From a bacterium (GTDB lineage: Bacteria > Patescibacteriota > Saccharimonadia > Saccharimonadales > UBA4665), in the NCBI GenBank assembly GCA_021783725.1, contig JAJXTN010000004.1:12178-76177 (forward strand): DNA of 64,000 bases, in the 5' to 3' direction. How positions within the stretch are numbered: the first letter of the stretch is position 1; every line of letters begins with the position of its first letter. A program made the translations under genes and the position numbers. Under the pieces are notes generated by a model, which worked only from the letters and a program-made list of their open reading frames with translations, had not been told where the DNA came from and did not search any database. Positions 8,071-19,310 of the stretch are shown piece after piece.

Positions 8071-8637
8071 CTACATGGCTATATTATTGGTCAGAGCCGT
8101 GTAGTCTGGAATTTGGGCTTGGAACAGCTCCAGGTTGACACTCAGGTTGCCACCAAAAGTTTTGGTGCCACCACAACTCGATGTCCATAAGTTTTCTAAC
8201 TGGTTGCCATCTTCGATTAGTTCAAATGTGTAGACTTGGCCCAAAGGACAATAACCGGTCGAATCGGCTAGACTAGGCTTGGCATTGCCTAGAGTGAAGC
8301 CAGCTCGCCCGATGGCATGTAAGAATGAATTATAACTATTTTCGGTGTTGTCAAAGGTCTTACTGTCAACAACCGTTCCGTCATAACCGGTAAAATGTTG
8401 ATAAACGGCCTGGTCTCGGCCGACTGTTATGACAATTGAATTATGGTTCTGAGGGGCGGTAATAGGACCGGTAATGGTCAGCCTAGCGACAGCTGTAGTG
8501 TTAGAGAAACTACTCAAAGACCGTGGTGTAGGAGCTTTAGTTTTATTACCACTTTGAGTTAATAGAAATATCAAGGCAATGATCAGCCCGATAGCTATAA
8601 CTAAACCAATGAAGTAGCGCAAGTAATAATTCTTCAT
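8071..8637 (-). CDS. membrane-anchored secreted hypothetical protein
   Basis: N-terminal anchor YFIGLVIAIGLIIALIFLL. I prefer the ATG at 8637 (MKNYY), which follows GAGGAA. Confidence 0.5.
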   Translation of the reverse strand: MKNYYLRYFIGLVIAIGLIIALIFLLTQSGNKTKAPTPRSLSSFSNTTAVARLTITGPITAPQNHNSIVITVGRDQAVYQHFTGYDGTVVDSKTFDNTENSYNSFLHAIGRAGFTLGNAKPSLADSTGYCPLGQVYTFELIEDGNQLENLWTSSCGGTKTFGGNLSVNLELFQAQIPDYTALTNNIAM

Positions 8638-8744
8638 AACTTCCTCTGTACAAATCATATACTAACACTATTAAGCTAATTTTGCAAACCGCTGATCTAT
8701 TTAACGCTGTCTAAAAAACATAAGCGTGAGATAATAATATTTAT

Positions 8745-9185
8745 ATGACTCTGCGCTATGAAACCGGTATCGCTACCCTAATCCAATTCGTCACATTAAC
8801 TATCTTGAATATCGGCACCGGAACCGTTTCGGCGGTAACCGGTTGTACTAATGGCACAAGTGGATGTGTTACTAGCCTTTTTACTTCTGCAGTTTTCTTC
8901 GTATTGATTAGTATCTGGTTCGGTTTCATTTGGATTCTCGGTTTCGCCGCTCAAGAAACGCGCAGTCGACGCCTGGCTCAAGCCTTAATTATCGCTGAAG
9001 TTTTGGTCATCATGGTCGCCACGCTCAATGCCCGCCATCATACCGATATGCTCAACCTCGTTACCAGCTTGTTAGACATTTGTTTGGCGTTGTGGGTTAT
9101 CTACCTGGCGATCCGATTGATGCAATCTAAGGGTGGTCGAGTCGTCAAAAAAATCAAAGTCCGCCAGCGCTTCATCAAACGCTAA
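8745..9185 (+). CDS. hypothetical integral membrane protein (about 4 TM)
   Basis: Four hydrophobic segments and a basic C-terminus. I recognise no family. Confidence 0.5.
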   Translation: MTLRYETGIATLIQFVTLTILNIGTGTVSAVTGCTNGTSGCVTSLFTSAVFFVLISIWFGFIWILGFAAQETRSRRLAQALIIAEVLVIMVATLNARHHTDMLNLVTSLLDICLALWVIYLAIRLMQSKGGRVVKKIKVRQRFIKR

Positions 9186-9818
9186 CTATTTCTTTACCGC
9201 CACACACTGCAAGAAACTAGCTGACTTGTCTTTATAATGTTCGGTTAACTCATCCACACTACGCACCTCGAAGGCCAATGACACCAATTTTTCGGCATAT
9301 TCTTGTGTGAAGAAATGCCTGATGTGTCCTTTGCTCGATACGAAGTAATTTGGCTCGATTTCTTGGCCATCACCGTATTCTGGATCATTTACCGTCTTAC
9401 AAGCAAAGCATAATAATCCACCAATTTTCAAAACTCGGGCTATCTCGGCAAACACCCTGACGGTAGTTTCATTATCATAATAATGTAGTGAAAGATGAGC
9501 ATACACGACATCTTGGCTCTGGTCGTCATATGGTAGGGGTGCCGTAATATCAACTAGCGAGAACTCTAAATTATTTTTATCGTTCAGTTGGCGATCTTGG
9601 TCTAGGACTGTTTCCGAGAAATCGGTAGCTATAACGTGGTGGCCTTGGGATGCGAAAAAACTAGCGTCTCCGCCAACGCCACAGCCCAATTCTAATACTT
9701 CTGCTTGGCGCGGGAATTGAGCTTCAACAGCAACTGCGAAAGGTGCCGGTAAGGCCCGAAAATCGGCGTGCTCACCGGCTTGGTGCTTATTATTCCACAT
9801 CTGTTTTTGATCAATCAT
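9186..9818 (-). CDS. class I SAM-dependent methyltransferase
   Basis: SAM motif I VLELGCGVGGDASFFA and the post-I motif VIATDFS. Confidence 0.8.
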   Translation of the reverse strand: MIDQKQMWNNKHQAGEHADFRALPAPFAVAVEAQFPRQAEVLELGCGVGGDASFFASQGHHVIATDFSETVLDQDRQLNDKNNLEFSLVDITAPLPYDDQSQDVVYAHLSLHYYDNETTVRVFAEIARVLKIGGLLCFACKTVNDPEYGDGQEIEPNYFVSSKGHIRHFFTQEYAEKLVSLAFEVRSVDELTEHYKDKSASFLQCVAVKK

Positions 9819-10336
9819 AATGACTCTGTATTTACATTTTGAAAATAGTAGTCCCAGGCTGGTAGCTCTAACGTAAACAGTTTCTCAGGCGTTTCTTCAT
9901 ATATCTGTTTTACTACTGTGGCGTCCTCCCAGTGGACATTCAATGACTCACCGGCTTGGTCCTGTGGCTCACCATCTTCTACTTCACACCTAAATATGAA
10001 TCCGACCCATGGTCTTCCCTCTCGAAGTTGCTGAGTGCAACAGAATGGTCTGAAACCAAATGCCGCATCAACTCCTTGCGGAGAGTGAACTTTGGTCTGA
10101 GAATCATCAATGATTCGTTTAAGCACCATGCCAGTTTCTTCTTTTATCTCGCGGGCTACGGCGGTATAAACATTCTCGTATTCAATATCCAAAGTCCCAG
10201 CGGCAAATTCAAAAGTTCCGTTATATATCGATTGATACTTGGTATTCCATCGAGTTTGGATTAATAACTGTAACCTACCTTGGTGTTGGCGCTCGACGAT
10301 TGCCGCCACAAACGGTACGCAATATTTTTTATCCAT
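9815..10336 (-). CDS. NUDIX hydrolase
   Basis: Nudix box G.LDIEYENVYTAVAREIKEETGM. The ATG at 10336 (MDKKY) lies just after the polA stop. Confidence 0.8.
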   Translation of the reverse strand: MDKKYCVPFVAAIVERQHQGRLQLLIQTRWNTKYQSIYNGTFEFAAGTLDIEYENVYTAVAREIKEETGMVLKRIIDDSQTKVHSPQGVDAAFGFRPFCCTQQLREGRPWVGFIFRCEVEDGEPQDQAGESLNVHWEDATVVKQIYEETPEKLFTLELPAWDYYFQNVNTESL

Positions 10337-10338
10337 TA

Positions 10339-12990
10339 TTAAAGTTCGCCCCAATTGTCACCGGTACTAACATCAACCGCTAAATGAACCGGAAGTTTAT
10401 AGACATTTTCCATGCTGTTTTTGAGTAGTTCGCTAATCCGATCAGCGTCTTTAGCCGGACATTCAACCAGAATTGAGTCATGAATTTGTAATAACATATG
10501 GCTTTTAGGATATTCATCCAGCAGAATATTTTGAACTTTTATCATCGCAAGCTTCATTAGATCGGCTTCGGTGCCTTGAATCGGCATATTGATAGCGGCT
10601 CTTTCGGCAGATTGGCGAATCACAAAATTGCTGGACAAAATATCGGGCATTGGACGACGTCGACCAAGTAAAGTTTCTACGTAGCCGTCTTCCCTAGCCT
10701 GGACTTTCACCTGATCGATGTAGTCAAACAGTGGTTTACGTAAAGCTTTGTATTTATTAATGAAATCTAAGGCTTGATCATTGGTCATATTGGCCGCCAC
10801 CGACAAACCGTGCGGACTCATGCCATACAATATACCGAAATTGATGACTTTGGCGGCGCCACGCATTTGTTTGGTGACGTCTTCCAACTCACGACCATAA
10901 ACTTGAGCGGCCGTGGCAGTATGAATGTCAGCGCCACGGTTGAACATGTCGATTAATTCGGTGTCATTAGCCAATACAGCCGCCAAGCGCAGTTCGAACT
11001 GAGAATAGTCGGCACTAACTAGCTTCTTGCCAGGCCCAGCTACAAACGACGTCCGAATCCGTCGGCCTAGATCAGTTCTGGTCGGAATATTCTGTAAATT
11101 GGGGTCAGTGCTACTCAATCGACCAGTCTGGGCTATTGTCAGGTTAAATGTCGTGTGTAATCGGGAATGGTCATCGACCATTAACGGCAAAGTGTCGACA
11201 TAAGTATTCTTGAGTTTAGCCACTTCGCGGTACTGAGTAATCAAATCAATTATTGGATGGTCACCGCGCAATTTATCGAGTTCACTGGCGGCCGTGCTAT
11301 AACCAGTTTTGCCTTTTTTGATGAATTTGGTCGGTAGTTTCAGCTTATCGAACAATATTTCGGCTAATTGAGCCGGTGAACTAATGTTGAACTCGGTGTC
11401 AGCATAACCATATATTTGTTGTTCGTAATCTGAGATTAAGTCGTTGATTTCGTCGGCGAATTTGGCTAAATAGTTAGTATCAAGCTCAATTCCGACGTGT
11501 TCCATCTGGGCTAATACTGGTATGACTGGCCATTCGACTTTATCAGCCAGCGCCAGAACGTCAGGTATTTTCTCTAGTTCGGTCATTTGTTGGTGATATA
11601 AGCCCACAATAACAGCCATTACATCTGGCGCTCGCGATAGTAGCTCCTCGTCATCTAAATCTTCGAAATCTGATCCGTCATAGCCGAGGTCGGCTCGCGC
11701 TAAATCGGTCAGGCTTTGTTCTCGGCGCAGAGAATTAATCAGAAAAGCGCCGACTAATACATCATGACTTACAGACGGTAGATTATTGACGCCCAGTTCG
11801 AGAATCAGCTTCAGACTATTCTTCACATCATAGCCAATTAACTTCTTGGTCTGAGCCAAAGATTCAACCAAAGATGTTACGTCAATTTTAGCTAAATCAA
11901 AGCTGTAGGTTGTCTTGCCGTCGGCCGTCAACATCAGTACTTTTGGATCGCGACCGTGTTTGCCAGCCGCTCGTGTATATATATACAATTCTTCAGCTTC
12001 AGGTAGTTGAAATTTAGCCAATTGTTCTTTTGAATTAATCATTACGTTCTGACCGGTGACTAGTGGCGCTCCTATAGTCACCGCCAAACTACTGGCCGGC
12101 ACATTCATGACTTCGGGCAAATGCCGAGCTAAACTTCTAAATTCTAAGTCTTGTAATAATTGAGCGATTTTAATCGGGTCAGCTTTGCTACCATCGACGG
12201 CTTGGAGATCTAACTTAACTGGCGCATCTATCCAGATACGGGCTAATTCTTTACTTAAGTAAGCCATATCTTTTCCGGCAATCAACTTCTTACTGAGCGT
12301 GTCTTTGATAAGTGCTAAATTATCGTATATTCCGTCTAGAGTTTCGTATGTTTTGAGCAGTTCCAGAGCACCTTTTTCGCCGATACCCGGTACGCCTGGG
12401 ATATTATCTGATGAATCGCCTTTCAAAGCTTTGAAATCTAAATATTGATCGACGCGAATACCATGTTTGGCTTCAAAAGTTTTCGGTGAATACAGTTCAA
12501 TATTGCTCAGACCAGTTTTCAACGCGTAAACATGAACGTTGCCGTTCACTAACTGCAACATATCCATATCAGATGTAACTAGCAGTGTATCAAGGCCGGC
12601 CGCCCGCGCCTGAACTGCCAAAGCGCCCATAATATCGTCGGCTTCGTAATCGTCTAGCTCGTATAATGGCCAGCCGAAGGCATCAAGTAATTCATGGAGT
12701 ATCGGAATTTGTTCATAGAAATCTGGTGGCGGCGGTTTACGTCCAGCTTTGTATTCTGGGTACATTGCCAGTCGTTTGCGAATATTGGTTTTGGGCTTAT
12801 CCCAAGCCACTGCCACATAATCCGGCTTCAACCTTTTGATAACTTCTAGAGCCATAGTCGCGAAGCCAAAAACGCCACCGGTCGGTCGACCATCTTTAGT
12901 GCCAAGATTAGGCATGGCGTAATAACCACGGTAAAAAACACTTTTACCGTCAATGATTACAAACTTCTTGGGCGCCACATCATCACTCAT
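10339..12990 (-). CDS. polA: DNA polymerase I
   Basis: 883 aa. It has a 5'-3' exonuclease N-terminus (VIIDG...YRGYYA), the pol motif A DYSQFELRLAA, motif B RGAAKVINFGILYGM and motif C QIHDSILVE. Confidence 0.95.
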   Translation of the reverse strand: MSDDVAPKKFVIIDGKSVFYRGYYAMPNLGTKDGRPTGGVFGFATMALEVIKRLKPDYVAVAWDKPKTNIRKRLAMYPEYKAGRKPPPPDFYEQIPILHELLDAFGWPLYELDDYEADDIMGALAVQARAAGLDTLLVTSDMDMLQLVNGNVHVYALKTGLSNIELYSPKTFEAKHGIRVDQYLDFKALKGDSSDNIPGVPGIGEKGALELLKTYETLDGIYDNLALIKDTLSKKLIAGKDMAYLSKELARIWIDAPVKLDLQAVDGSKADPIKIAQLLQDLEFRSLARHLPEVMNVPASSLAVTIGAPLVTGQNVMINSKEQLAKFQLPEAEELYIYTRAAGKHGRDPKVLMLTADGKTTYSFDLAKIDVTSLVESLAQTKKLIGYDVKNSLKLILELGVNNLPSVSHDVLVGAFLINSLRREQSLTDLARADLGYDGSDFEDLDDEELLSRAPDVMAVIVGLYHQQMTELEKIPDVLALADKVEWPVIPVLAQMEHVGIELDTNYLAKFADEINDLISDYEQQIYGYADTEFNISSPAQLAEILFDKLKLPTKFIKKGKTGYSTAASELDKLRGDHPIIDLITQYREVAKLKNTYVDTLPLMVDDHSRLHTTFNLTIAQTGRLSSTDPNLQNIPTRTDLGRRIRTSFVAGPGKKLVSADYSQFELRLAAVLANDTELIDMFNRGADIHTATAAQVYGRELEDVTKQMRGAAKVINFGILYGMSPHGLSVAANMTNDQALDFINKYKALRKPLFDYIDQVKVQAREDGYVETLLGRRRPMPDILSSNFVIRQSAERAAINMPIQGTEADLMKLAMIKVQNILLDEYPKSHMLLQIHDSILVECPAKDADRISELLKNSMENVYKLPVHLAVDVSTGDNWGEL

Positions 12991-13103
12991 TCTTTAAGTA
13001 TAGCCCACCGTCGTTATCCAAGCACAACCGAAAAAGTAATCTTACATAATATGCGCGACAGTATTAATAGCCTTAGCAATCGTATTCCGGTACCTATTTG
13101 TTT

Positions 13104-13988
13104 TTATAAGTCTTGTTGGGCTTCAAGAATAGATTTAGCCGTGACAGCAACTTGGCGTAAGCCAGTCTGGGCTTTTTGGTATCTCAGTGGCTTAGCATCT
13201 TGTTTCTGGCTTCGTGAGACTGGGAGACTATCCGTCATCACAAACATTTGTGGGTTGCTTGGGTCACTATCAAAATCTGGTCGGATAGCTCGAGCCGCGT
13301 GACGCAGTTGAACAGCTAACTGAATTCCAGCGTTAGCTACCCGAACGGCCGCGATTCGCCCATCGAGCAAGTGTGGATTCCTATCAAAAAAATCGATTGC
13401 CAAGGTCTCACCTTTTGTTCCTGCGTAGGTCGATGGCAATACGTCAAAACCTCTTTCAACTAGTTTTCGCTGGACTACGCCAGCAGCATATTCGGCCTCT
13501 GTAGGGTAACGTTTAAATGTTTCGAAGACAGCTTTAACGTTGGGGTTTGGTTTCTCCGTGACGGAGTCCATGATTCGCTCACCAGCAAAGATATATACCG
13601 GCGCTTTTGTCCCATAGCTAGCCAACTTGTTGGCCGCCCTATCTTGCCAGTTAGCAACTGCTCCAGTTAATACGTATCCGTCAAGTTTACGCGGTGTAGC
13701 GCGAAGTTGTGGCGTCCACAAACTTCGATTAAGGGCCTTCTGGACTCCAGATTGATCTAGATAATCAGCCATTTCTGTAGGACTTAAAGCCTGCACTGGT
13801 TCGTTAGCCCGTAAAACTTCATTCTTGCCAAGCTTTCCGACCAACTCACCAAGCACTTCTACGGTCGGCTCGGCGCCGTGGTCTATAGCAAACCTATCAG
13901 CTAGCTCAGATATTAAATTATCAGCCAGTGAATAAACACTATCTGTTTGTAACTCGAAATTACTGAAATCTCGTTGTTGTTCACTCAT
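13104..13988 (-). CDS. hypothetical protein
   Basis: 294-aa ORF with ordinary composition. I recognise no motif. Confidence 0.5.
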   Translation of the reverse strand: MSEQQRDFSNFELQTDSVYSLADNLISELADRFAIDHGAEPTVEVLGELVGKLGKNEVLRANEPVQALSPTEMADYLDQSGVQKALNRSLWTPQLRATPRKLDGYVLTGAVANWQDRAANKLASYGTKAPVYIFAGERIMDSVTEKPNPNVKAVFETFKRYPTEAEYAAGVVQRKLVERGFDVLPSTYAGTKGETLAIDFFDRNPHLLDGRIAAVRVANAGIQLAVQLRHAARAIRPDFDSDPSNPQMFVMTDSLPVSRSQKQDAKPLRYQKAQTGLRQVAVTAKSILEAQQDL

Positions 13989-14142
13989 AAACTTCTCCTT
14001 GCAACTTAGATTGCGTATTATATATCCTTAATCGATATATGTCAATACTACATTCACTAATATTTCTAAATCACACAGTTGTTATATGTCTTTTTGTGAT
14101 TTACATATTCACATTTATATAAATACATGCTACTATTAATTC

Positions 14143-14934
14143 ATGAAACCACTTTTGATAACACTGGGCCTATCCGAGCTACAGGCCGAAACCTACCTTT
14201 TTCTTATCGAAAACGGCTCCGAGGCGCCACCCAAAATTGCCGCCAAATTACATATGACCAGATCGAATGCTTACAAAGTTTTAGACTCGCTTGAAGGCCT
14301 AGGGTTAGTCAGCAAATCCGAATTAAATAAAAAGTTCGTATATCGAGCTTCCGAACCGACTGCCCTGTCGACTTTAGTTGCCGAGAAGCGTAACCAAGCT
14401 CTAGTTATGGAACATAATGCCCAGACGGCTATCAGAGAGTTAAACAAACTGCTAAAAACTACCGATAACAGCTCTAGAGTAGATTTAAAAACTGGCGAAA
14501 AAGCCATGTTGAGCGCTTATGAGGTCCAGGCCAGCAGCGGCCAGCCTATACATTTCATAAAAACCCGTGCTGATATACCATTTATGGGATTTGAATCGAT
14601 GGATAAAATCAGACGGCTGGTTAGCGACACCAAGACTCAGAGGTTCGGCATAACTCCCGACGCTGTCGAAGCCCCGATCAATCCGATAATCGACAAGCAA
14701 TCCAACTTACATAGAACTTGGATGCCGAGCGAAGCTTATGCCTCACCAGTCGAGTGGACAGTTAGTGGTAGCCAACTATTAATTCAAGTATTTGACGCTA
14801 AGGGTCGAGTGATTGAAATAAACGATCGACTCGTTGCTGACAGTTTCAAACAGCTTTGGGGGTTAATTGACAGTGGATTAAAGTCGAGCTCCGACTATAA
14901 CAAAATGCCAAGAATTGCTCGCCGAGAGATATAA
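14143..14934 (+). CDS. TrmB-family winged-helix transcriptional regulator
   Basis: The N-terminus LGLSELQAETYLFLIENGSEAPPKIAAKLHMTRSNAYKVLDSLEGLGLV is a TrmB-type wHTH. Confidence 0.7.
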   Translation: MKPLLITLGLSELQAETYLFLIENGSEAPPKIAAKLHMTRSNAYKVLDSLEGLGLVSKSELNKKFVYRASEPTALSTLVAEKRNQALVMEHNAQTAIRELNKLLKTTDNSSRVDLKTGEKAMLSAYEVQASSGQPIHFIKTRADIPFMGFESMDKIRRLVSDTKTQRFGITPDAVEAPINPIIDKQSNLHRTWMPSEAYASPVEWTVSGSQLLIQVFDAKGRVIEINDRLVADSFKQLWGLIDSGLKSSSDYNKMPRIARREI

Positions 14935-14938
14935 GCGA

Positions 14939-15535
14939 TTACTTGAGGTTGAGTTTTTGGGTGATTTCGGTTGCCAGACTGGCTAAATCACTGCCGCCGT
15001 TGTCGATAAACACATCGCTGCGCTGTTTGACCGAAGCGCCGTCTAAAACAGCTGAATCACTGCCAGCTGGGGCGTGCATTTCTGCCTCTTCTTCAGCCAT
15101 GAATTGTTCGAAAGTCTTATTGTCTTCTTCGGCCCGATTGCGGCTGGCGGCGTTGGCTTGAACCCGATGGTAACGGACTTCTGGATCGGCATCAATCCAC
15201 ACCACCGTACCGCCAAATTCATGAATTCGGTCAGCTTCACCAGGGTTACGCAAACTAGCAATCACCACACCAGCATATTGATCGCTCTGCTTCTCATATT
15301 CGGCAATCGCTTTATCGATTAATACGCCTAGGCCCAGTTCGCGACGCCATTCGGCGCTAATTGTTCGCAGGACTTCCCTTTCCACCGGCTGATTGCGTCG
15401 TTTGGCTTCATTGCGCAATAATTCAGTTACCGAGATAAATAAATAGCCGTGATTTTCTGCCAGCATATTACCGACTGTATCTTTGCCGGATCCATTAGTT
15501 CCAGCTAGCCCAATAAACTTCAACTTCTTATCCAT
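14939..15535 (-). CDS. P-loop nucleotide/nucleoside-monophosphate kinase-like protein
   Basis: Walker A GLAGTNGSGKDT. The size and layout fit the dNMP/CoaE/Cmk-like kinases, but the exact specificity is not determinable. Confidence 0.6.
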   Translation of the reverse strand: MDKKLKFIGLAGTNGSGKDTVGNMLAENHGYLFISVTELLRNEAKRRNQPVEREVLRTISAEWRRELGLGVLIDKAIAEYEKQSDQYAGVVIASLRNPGEADRIHEFGGTVVWIDADPEVRYHRVQANAASRNRAEEDNKTFEQFMAEEEAEMHAPAGSDSAVLDGASVKQRSDVFIDNGGSDLASLATEITQKLNLK

Positions 15536-15597
15536 TCAATCATTTTACCAAGAAAATACTATTACGCCCTGTAAATAAATTATTGGCTTCCTGCTGT

Positions 15598-16221
15598 ATG
15601 ATAAATCCTATGACCAACCAGCCCGTACCCCAACCGCCCAACATCGACCGTCTGCTAGATTTGCAAAAATTCTTGCTCCAATTCCAGTCGATTGACCGAG
15701 TAATCCATCTGAAACACAAAGACGATTATCCTAATGAGAATGACGTCGAACACAGCTACTCACTGGCGATGCTAGCCTGGTTTCTAGCTGGCCACTTCCC
15801 CGAACTGGATAAAGACAAAGTCATCCGCTACGCGCTGGTGCATGATCTAGTCGAAGTCTATGCCGGTGACACTTATATATTTGCTGACTCGGCTCACTTG
15901 AATAGTAAACACCAGCGCGAAAAAGACGCCCTCGAGAGAATCAACGCTGAATGGGCCGATTTTCCAGATATGACTAACGATATCACTGAATATGAAACTA
16001 GGAACTCTCCGGAGGCAAAATTCATCTACGCATTAGACAAAATAGCCCCAATAATGATCAATATCATCAATAAGGGCTACACTTGGCACCAAGAAAAAAT
16101 TAGCCTAGACCAACTTCACTCCAACAAAGCCAACAAAGTTCTAACTTCGCCAGAAATCAAACCGTACTACGACCAGCTGTACGCCATCATGCAAGCTAAT
16201 CCCCAGTTTTTCTCTGAATAA
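15598..16221 (+). CDS. HD-domain phosphohydrolase (YfbR-like 5'-nucleotidase family)
   Basis: H...HS..LA ... ALVHDLVEVYAGD is the HD motif. I prefer the ATG at 15598 to the TTG at 15583. Confidence 0.7.
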   Translation: MINPMTNQPVPQPPNIDRLLDLQKFLLQFQSIDRVIHLKHKDDYPNENDVEHSYSLAMLAWFLAGHFPELDKDKVIRYALVHDLVEVYAGDTYIFADSAHLNSKHQREKDALERINAEWADFPDMTNDITEYETRNSPEAKFIYALDKIAPIMINIINKGYTWHQEKISLDQLHSNKANKVLTSPEIKPYYDQLYAIMQANPQFFSE

Positions 16222-16286
16222 TTTAGAGTAATCCTGTGCGAAACATTCAATATTCCCCATTCCCCACTCATCATTCATAATTCTAA

Positions 16287-17414
16287 TTATTTAATGTAAT
16301 CGTGGAGCTTCTTGGCGTCGCGGTGCTTGCGCAGTTTAGCCAAAGCTTTAGCTTCGATCTGACGAATGCGCTCGCGAGTGACTGAGAATTCTTGACCAAC
16401 TTCTTCTAATGTGTGGCTTTTACCGTCTTCCAGACCAAAACGCAGTTTGAGAATCTTCTGTTCGCGTTCAGTTAGGGCTGACAACATATCCTTGACCTGC
16501 TCTTTTAATAGCTGGCCGGTAGCTGATTCTTCAGGACTAACGGTGTCTTCGTCTTCGATGAAATCAGCTAAAACGGAATCTTCTTCGTCATCACGAATCG
16601 AAGCATCAAGCGAAGATATATCTTGTTTAATCTTCATGATGTGTTCGACTTTGTCGACGTCAATCTCCATAGCTTTGGCAATTTCGTCATTACTCGGTTC
16701 ACGGTTCAACTCTTGAGTTAAACGACGCTGAGTGCGGAGTAATTTGTTGATCGTTTCGACCATGTGCACTGGGATACGAATCGTTCGGGCTTGGTCGGCG
16801 ATGGCTCGGGTAATCGCTTGGCGAATCCACCAAGTGGCATAAGTACTGAATTTGAAACCTTTATCTGGATCAAATTTCTCAACCGCACGTAGTAAACCAG
16901 TGTTACCTTCTTGAATTAGATCAAGTAGGTCTAGACCGCGTCCAACGTAGCGCTTAGCAATCGAAACTACTAAACGCATGTTGGCTTCAGCCATTTGGTC
17001 TTTAGCATCCTTATCGCCGGCCACGACACGTTGAGCTAGGGCTAACTCTTGTTCGGAGTTAAGTAGAGGGATCTTACCGATTTCACGTAAGTACAGACGA
17101 ACCGAGTCGTCGGCAACGTCATCATCAAGATAAACGGCCGTGTCAGTCGCTACTTCCTCTTCGCCTTCTTCAGCAACCCATTCATCGGTAAAGTTTTCGG
17201 CATCTGGCTCAGTAGTCGTGATTTCGATATTAGCGTCAGCTAATTCGGTATACAAAGTATCGAGAGCTTCGGCATTTTCGACAGTTTCTGGGAAAATCGC
17301 AAAAATATCTCTAGCTTCTACATGACCGTCTTTCTTGGCCTTTTCAATTAATTTGGCACGTTGTTGTTCTAGGTCTTTTGGACCAGGTGTAGATTTATCT
17401 TTCGCTTTCGCCAC
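16287..17414 (-). CDS. rpoD: RNA polymerase sigma-70 factor (primary sigma)
   Basis: Region 2 ([35 protein letters not shown]), region 3 and region 4 ([20 protein letters not shown]). The GTG start is preceded by AAGGAG and overlaps the dnaG 3' end. Confidence 0.95.
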   Translation of the reverse strand: MAKAKDKSTPGPKDLEQQRAKLIEKAKKDGHVEARDIFAIFPETVENAEALDTLYTELADANIEITTTEPDAENFTDEWVAEEGEEEVATDTAVYLDDDVADDSVRLYLREIGKIPLLNSEQELALAQRVVAGDKDAKDQMAEANMRLVVSIAKRYVGRGLDLLDLIQEGNTGLLRAVEKFDPDKGFKFSTYATWWIRQAITRAIADQARTIRIPVHMVETINKLLRTQRRLTQELNREPSNDEIAKAMEIDVDKVEHIMKIKQDISSLDASIRDDEEDSVLADFIEDEDTVSPEESATGQLLKEQVKDMLSALTEREQKILKLRFGLEDGKSHTLEEVGQEFSVTRERIRQIEAKALAKLRKHRDAKKLHDYIK

Positions 17415-19176
17415 GGGCGGCTCCTTTGACTTGATTAAGTAGTTGGTCGTATTTTTTTACTTGGCCTAGCAGTTCTCTAGTAGCTGTCTCATCGGACGCC
17501 TCAAGCAATCCTGACAGTTGTTCTTTTTTGCTTTTTACAAAATTTGCTATCAATCGTGCCTGCAATCGAGCTGCTTCATAGTGAAGTTCATTAAGCTCAA
17601 GGCCCTGATAGAGTTCCTCGTAGAGTAATGCTTGTATTTTAACATAATCTGCCAGATTTTGCAGGTCTTTGGACTTCTCTAGCTTGCCATGAAAATCTGG
17701 ATTGGCCTGCAAAAACAATAGCAAGGTCCGACCTTGAGCAGTGAACAGCATTTTTGGGGTGATAATATCCATAAATTCTCGGAGCGTCGGGCGCATCAAC
17801 ATTAGACTAAGGAAATTATCTTGGGCGCGCTGATTTTCGACTGCTACTTTATCGATTTTAGCCTGATCGGGCTTGACGCGGCGCTGGCGAACGGCTGTTT
17901 CCGGACCGGAGGTTTTTTGAAATTTCTGAGTCAAAGCTTCTTTACTAACACCGATTTTAGTGGCAATCGAAGTCAGATAGTGATCTTTTTCTACCGGATC
18001 GGCTAATGACCGGACAACCGGTAATAATACATCGCTAAATTCCCGCTTACCGACGGCCGATTTTAAATCAAGTTTCGATTCATAAAGATCGGTCAGCCAA
18101 TCAAGCGCATATTTATGATCATTTATGGCTTTATCCCAGAGTTTAGGGTCTTGTTTGATCAATTCATCGGGGTCTTTGCCACTCGGAATATCAATGATGC
18201 TTAGCGATACTTTAACCCGACTAGCGATCGGTATCGCCCGCTCAGTAGCCGCCACGCCGGCTTTATCAGCATCAAACGCTAAACGAATGTCACCAGTGAA
18301 TCGACTCAAAGCCTTAAGATGCGGTTCAGTCAGGGCCGTACCAGCGGTCGCCACTACTTGGCGAATACCGGCCTGATGACTGGCGATGACGTCTAAATTG
18401 CCTTCGACCAGAACGGCATACTTGGTTTTGCGAATACTATCTTTGGCTAGATGTAAGCCATAGATGTGACGACTTTTATCATACAGAACAGTTTGCGGAG
18501 TATTGATATACTTCGGCGCTTTGGGGTCATCGTCGAGCTGTCGAGCTGTAAAACCGATAACTTTACCCTGCTGATCTTGGAGTGGAATCATTAATCGACC
18601 CCGGAACATATCTTGGACCCCGCCTTTGTAATTTTGAGCACTCAAGCCAGCTTGTTTGATTTCAATTTCGTTAAACTGCTTGGATTTCAAAAATTCTAAT
18701 AGCGCTGAACCATTATTCGGCGAATAGCCTAATCGCCATTCCAGTGCTGTGGCTTTAGTGAATAAGCGTTTCTTGAAGACATATTCTAACGCCAGCTGAT
18801 TCTTAGAAAATTGGACTTGATAGAAGTGAGCGGCGGCTTCCAGTACTGCATATAGTCGATTCTTATCAGGCCCCCCTCGAGACGATGAAGTTCGAAACTG
18901 CTCGATATCAATGCCGGCTTTACGAGCCAACAGCTCCAGAGCTTCTTTGAATTCCAGGCCTTCGACTTCCATTATGAAGCTAAATATATTGCCACCCTTA
19001 CCTGAGCTGAAGTCATGCCATATCTGTTTTTCGGGACTAACTACAAAGCTCGGCGTCCTTTCATTACTGAACGGGCTCAGACCCTTCCAGTTACGCCCAG
19101 CTCTTTTCAGCTGAACATATTCACCGATAACATCCTCTATCGCCAGTCTAGCTTTTACCTCTTCAACAGCATCCAT
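17395..19176 (-). CDS. dnaG: DNA primase
   Basis: TOPRIM core ([21 protein letters not shown]) and the conserved dnaG-rpoD order. The N-terminal zinc-binding motif is degenerate (see findings). Confidence 0.9.
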   Translation of the reverse strand: MDAVEEVKARLAIEDVIGEYVQLKRAGRNWKGLSPFSNERTPSFVVSPEKQIWHDFSSGKGGNIFSFIMEVEGLEFKEALELLARKAGIDIEQFRTSSSRGGPDKNRLYAVLEAAAHFYQVQFSKNQLALEYVFKKRLFTKATALEWRLGYSPNNGSALLEFLKSKQFNEIEIKQAGLSAQNYKGGVQDMFRGRLMIPLQDQQGKVIGFTARQLDDDPKAPKYINTPQTVLYDKSRHIYGLHLAKDSIRKTKYAVLVEGNLDVIASHQAGIRQVVATAGTALTEPHLKALSRFTGDIRLAFDADKAGVAATERAIPIASRVKVSLSIIDIPSGKDPDELIKQDPKLWDKAINDHKYALDWLTDLYESKLDLKSAVGKREFSDVLLPVVRSLADPVEKDHYLTSIATKIGVSKEALTQKFQKTSGPETAVRQRRVKPDQAKIDKVAVENQRAQDNFLSLMLMRPTLREFMDIITPKMLFTAQGRTLLLFLQANPDFHGKLEKSKDLQNLADYVKIQALLYEELYQGLELNELHYEAARLQARLIANFVKSKKEQLSGLLEASDETATRELLGQVKKYDQLLNQVKGAARGESER

Positions 19177-19310
19177 GCATATAGCTTATAGCTTTTAGAC
19201 ACAAGCTCATAACATGAGCGGTTTAAGACATGGAGTTGACGTAGTGTTCGCTAACTAACTTCAACATTCTAAGATAGCTCTGTTTCAATTCTTATGGTTA
19301 AATTATATCC

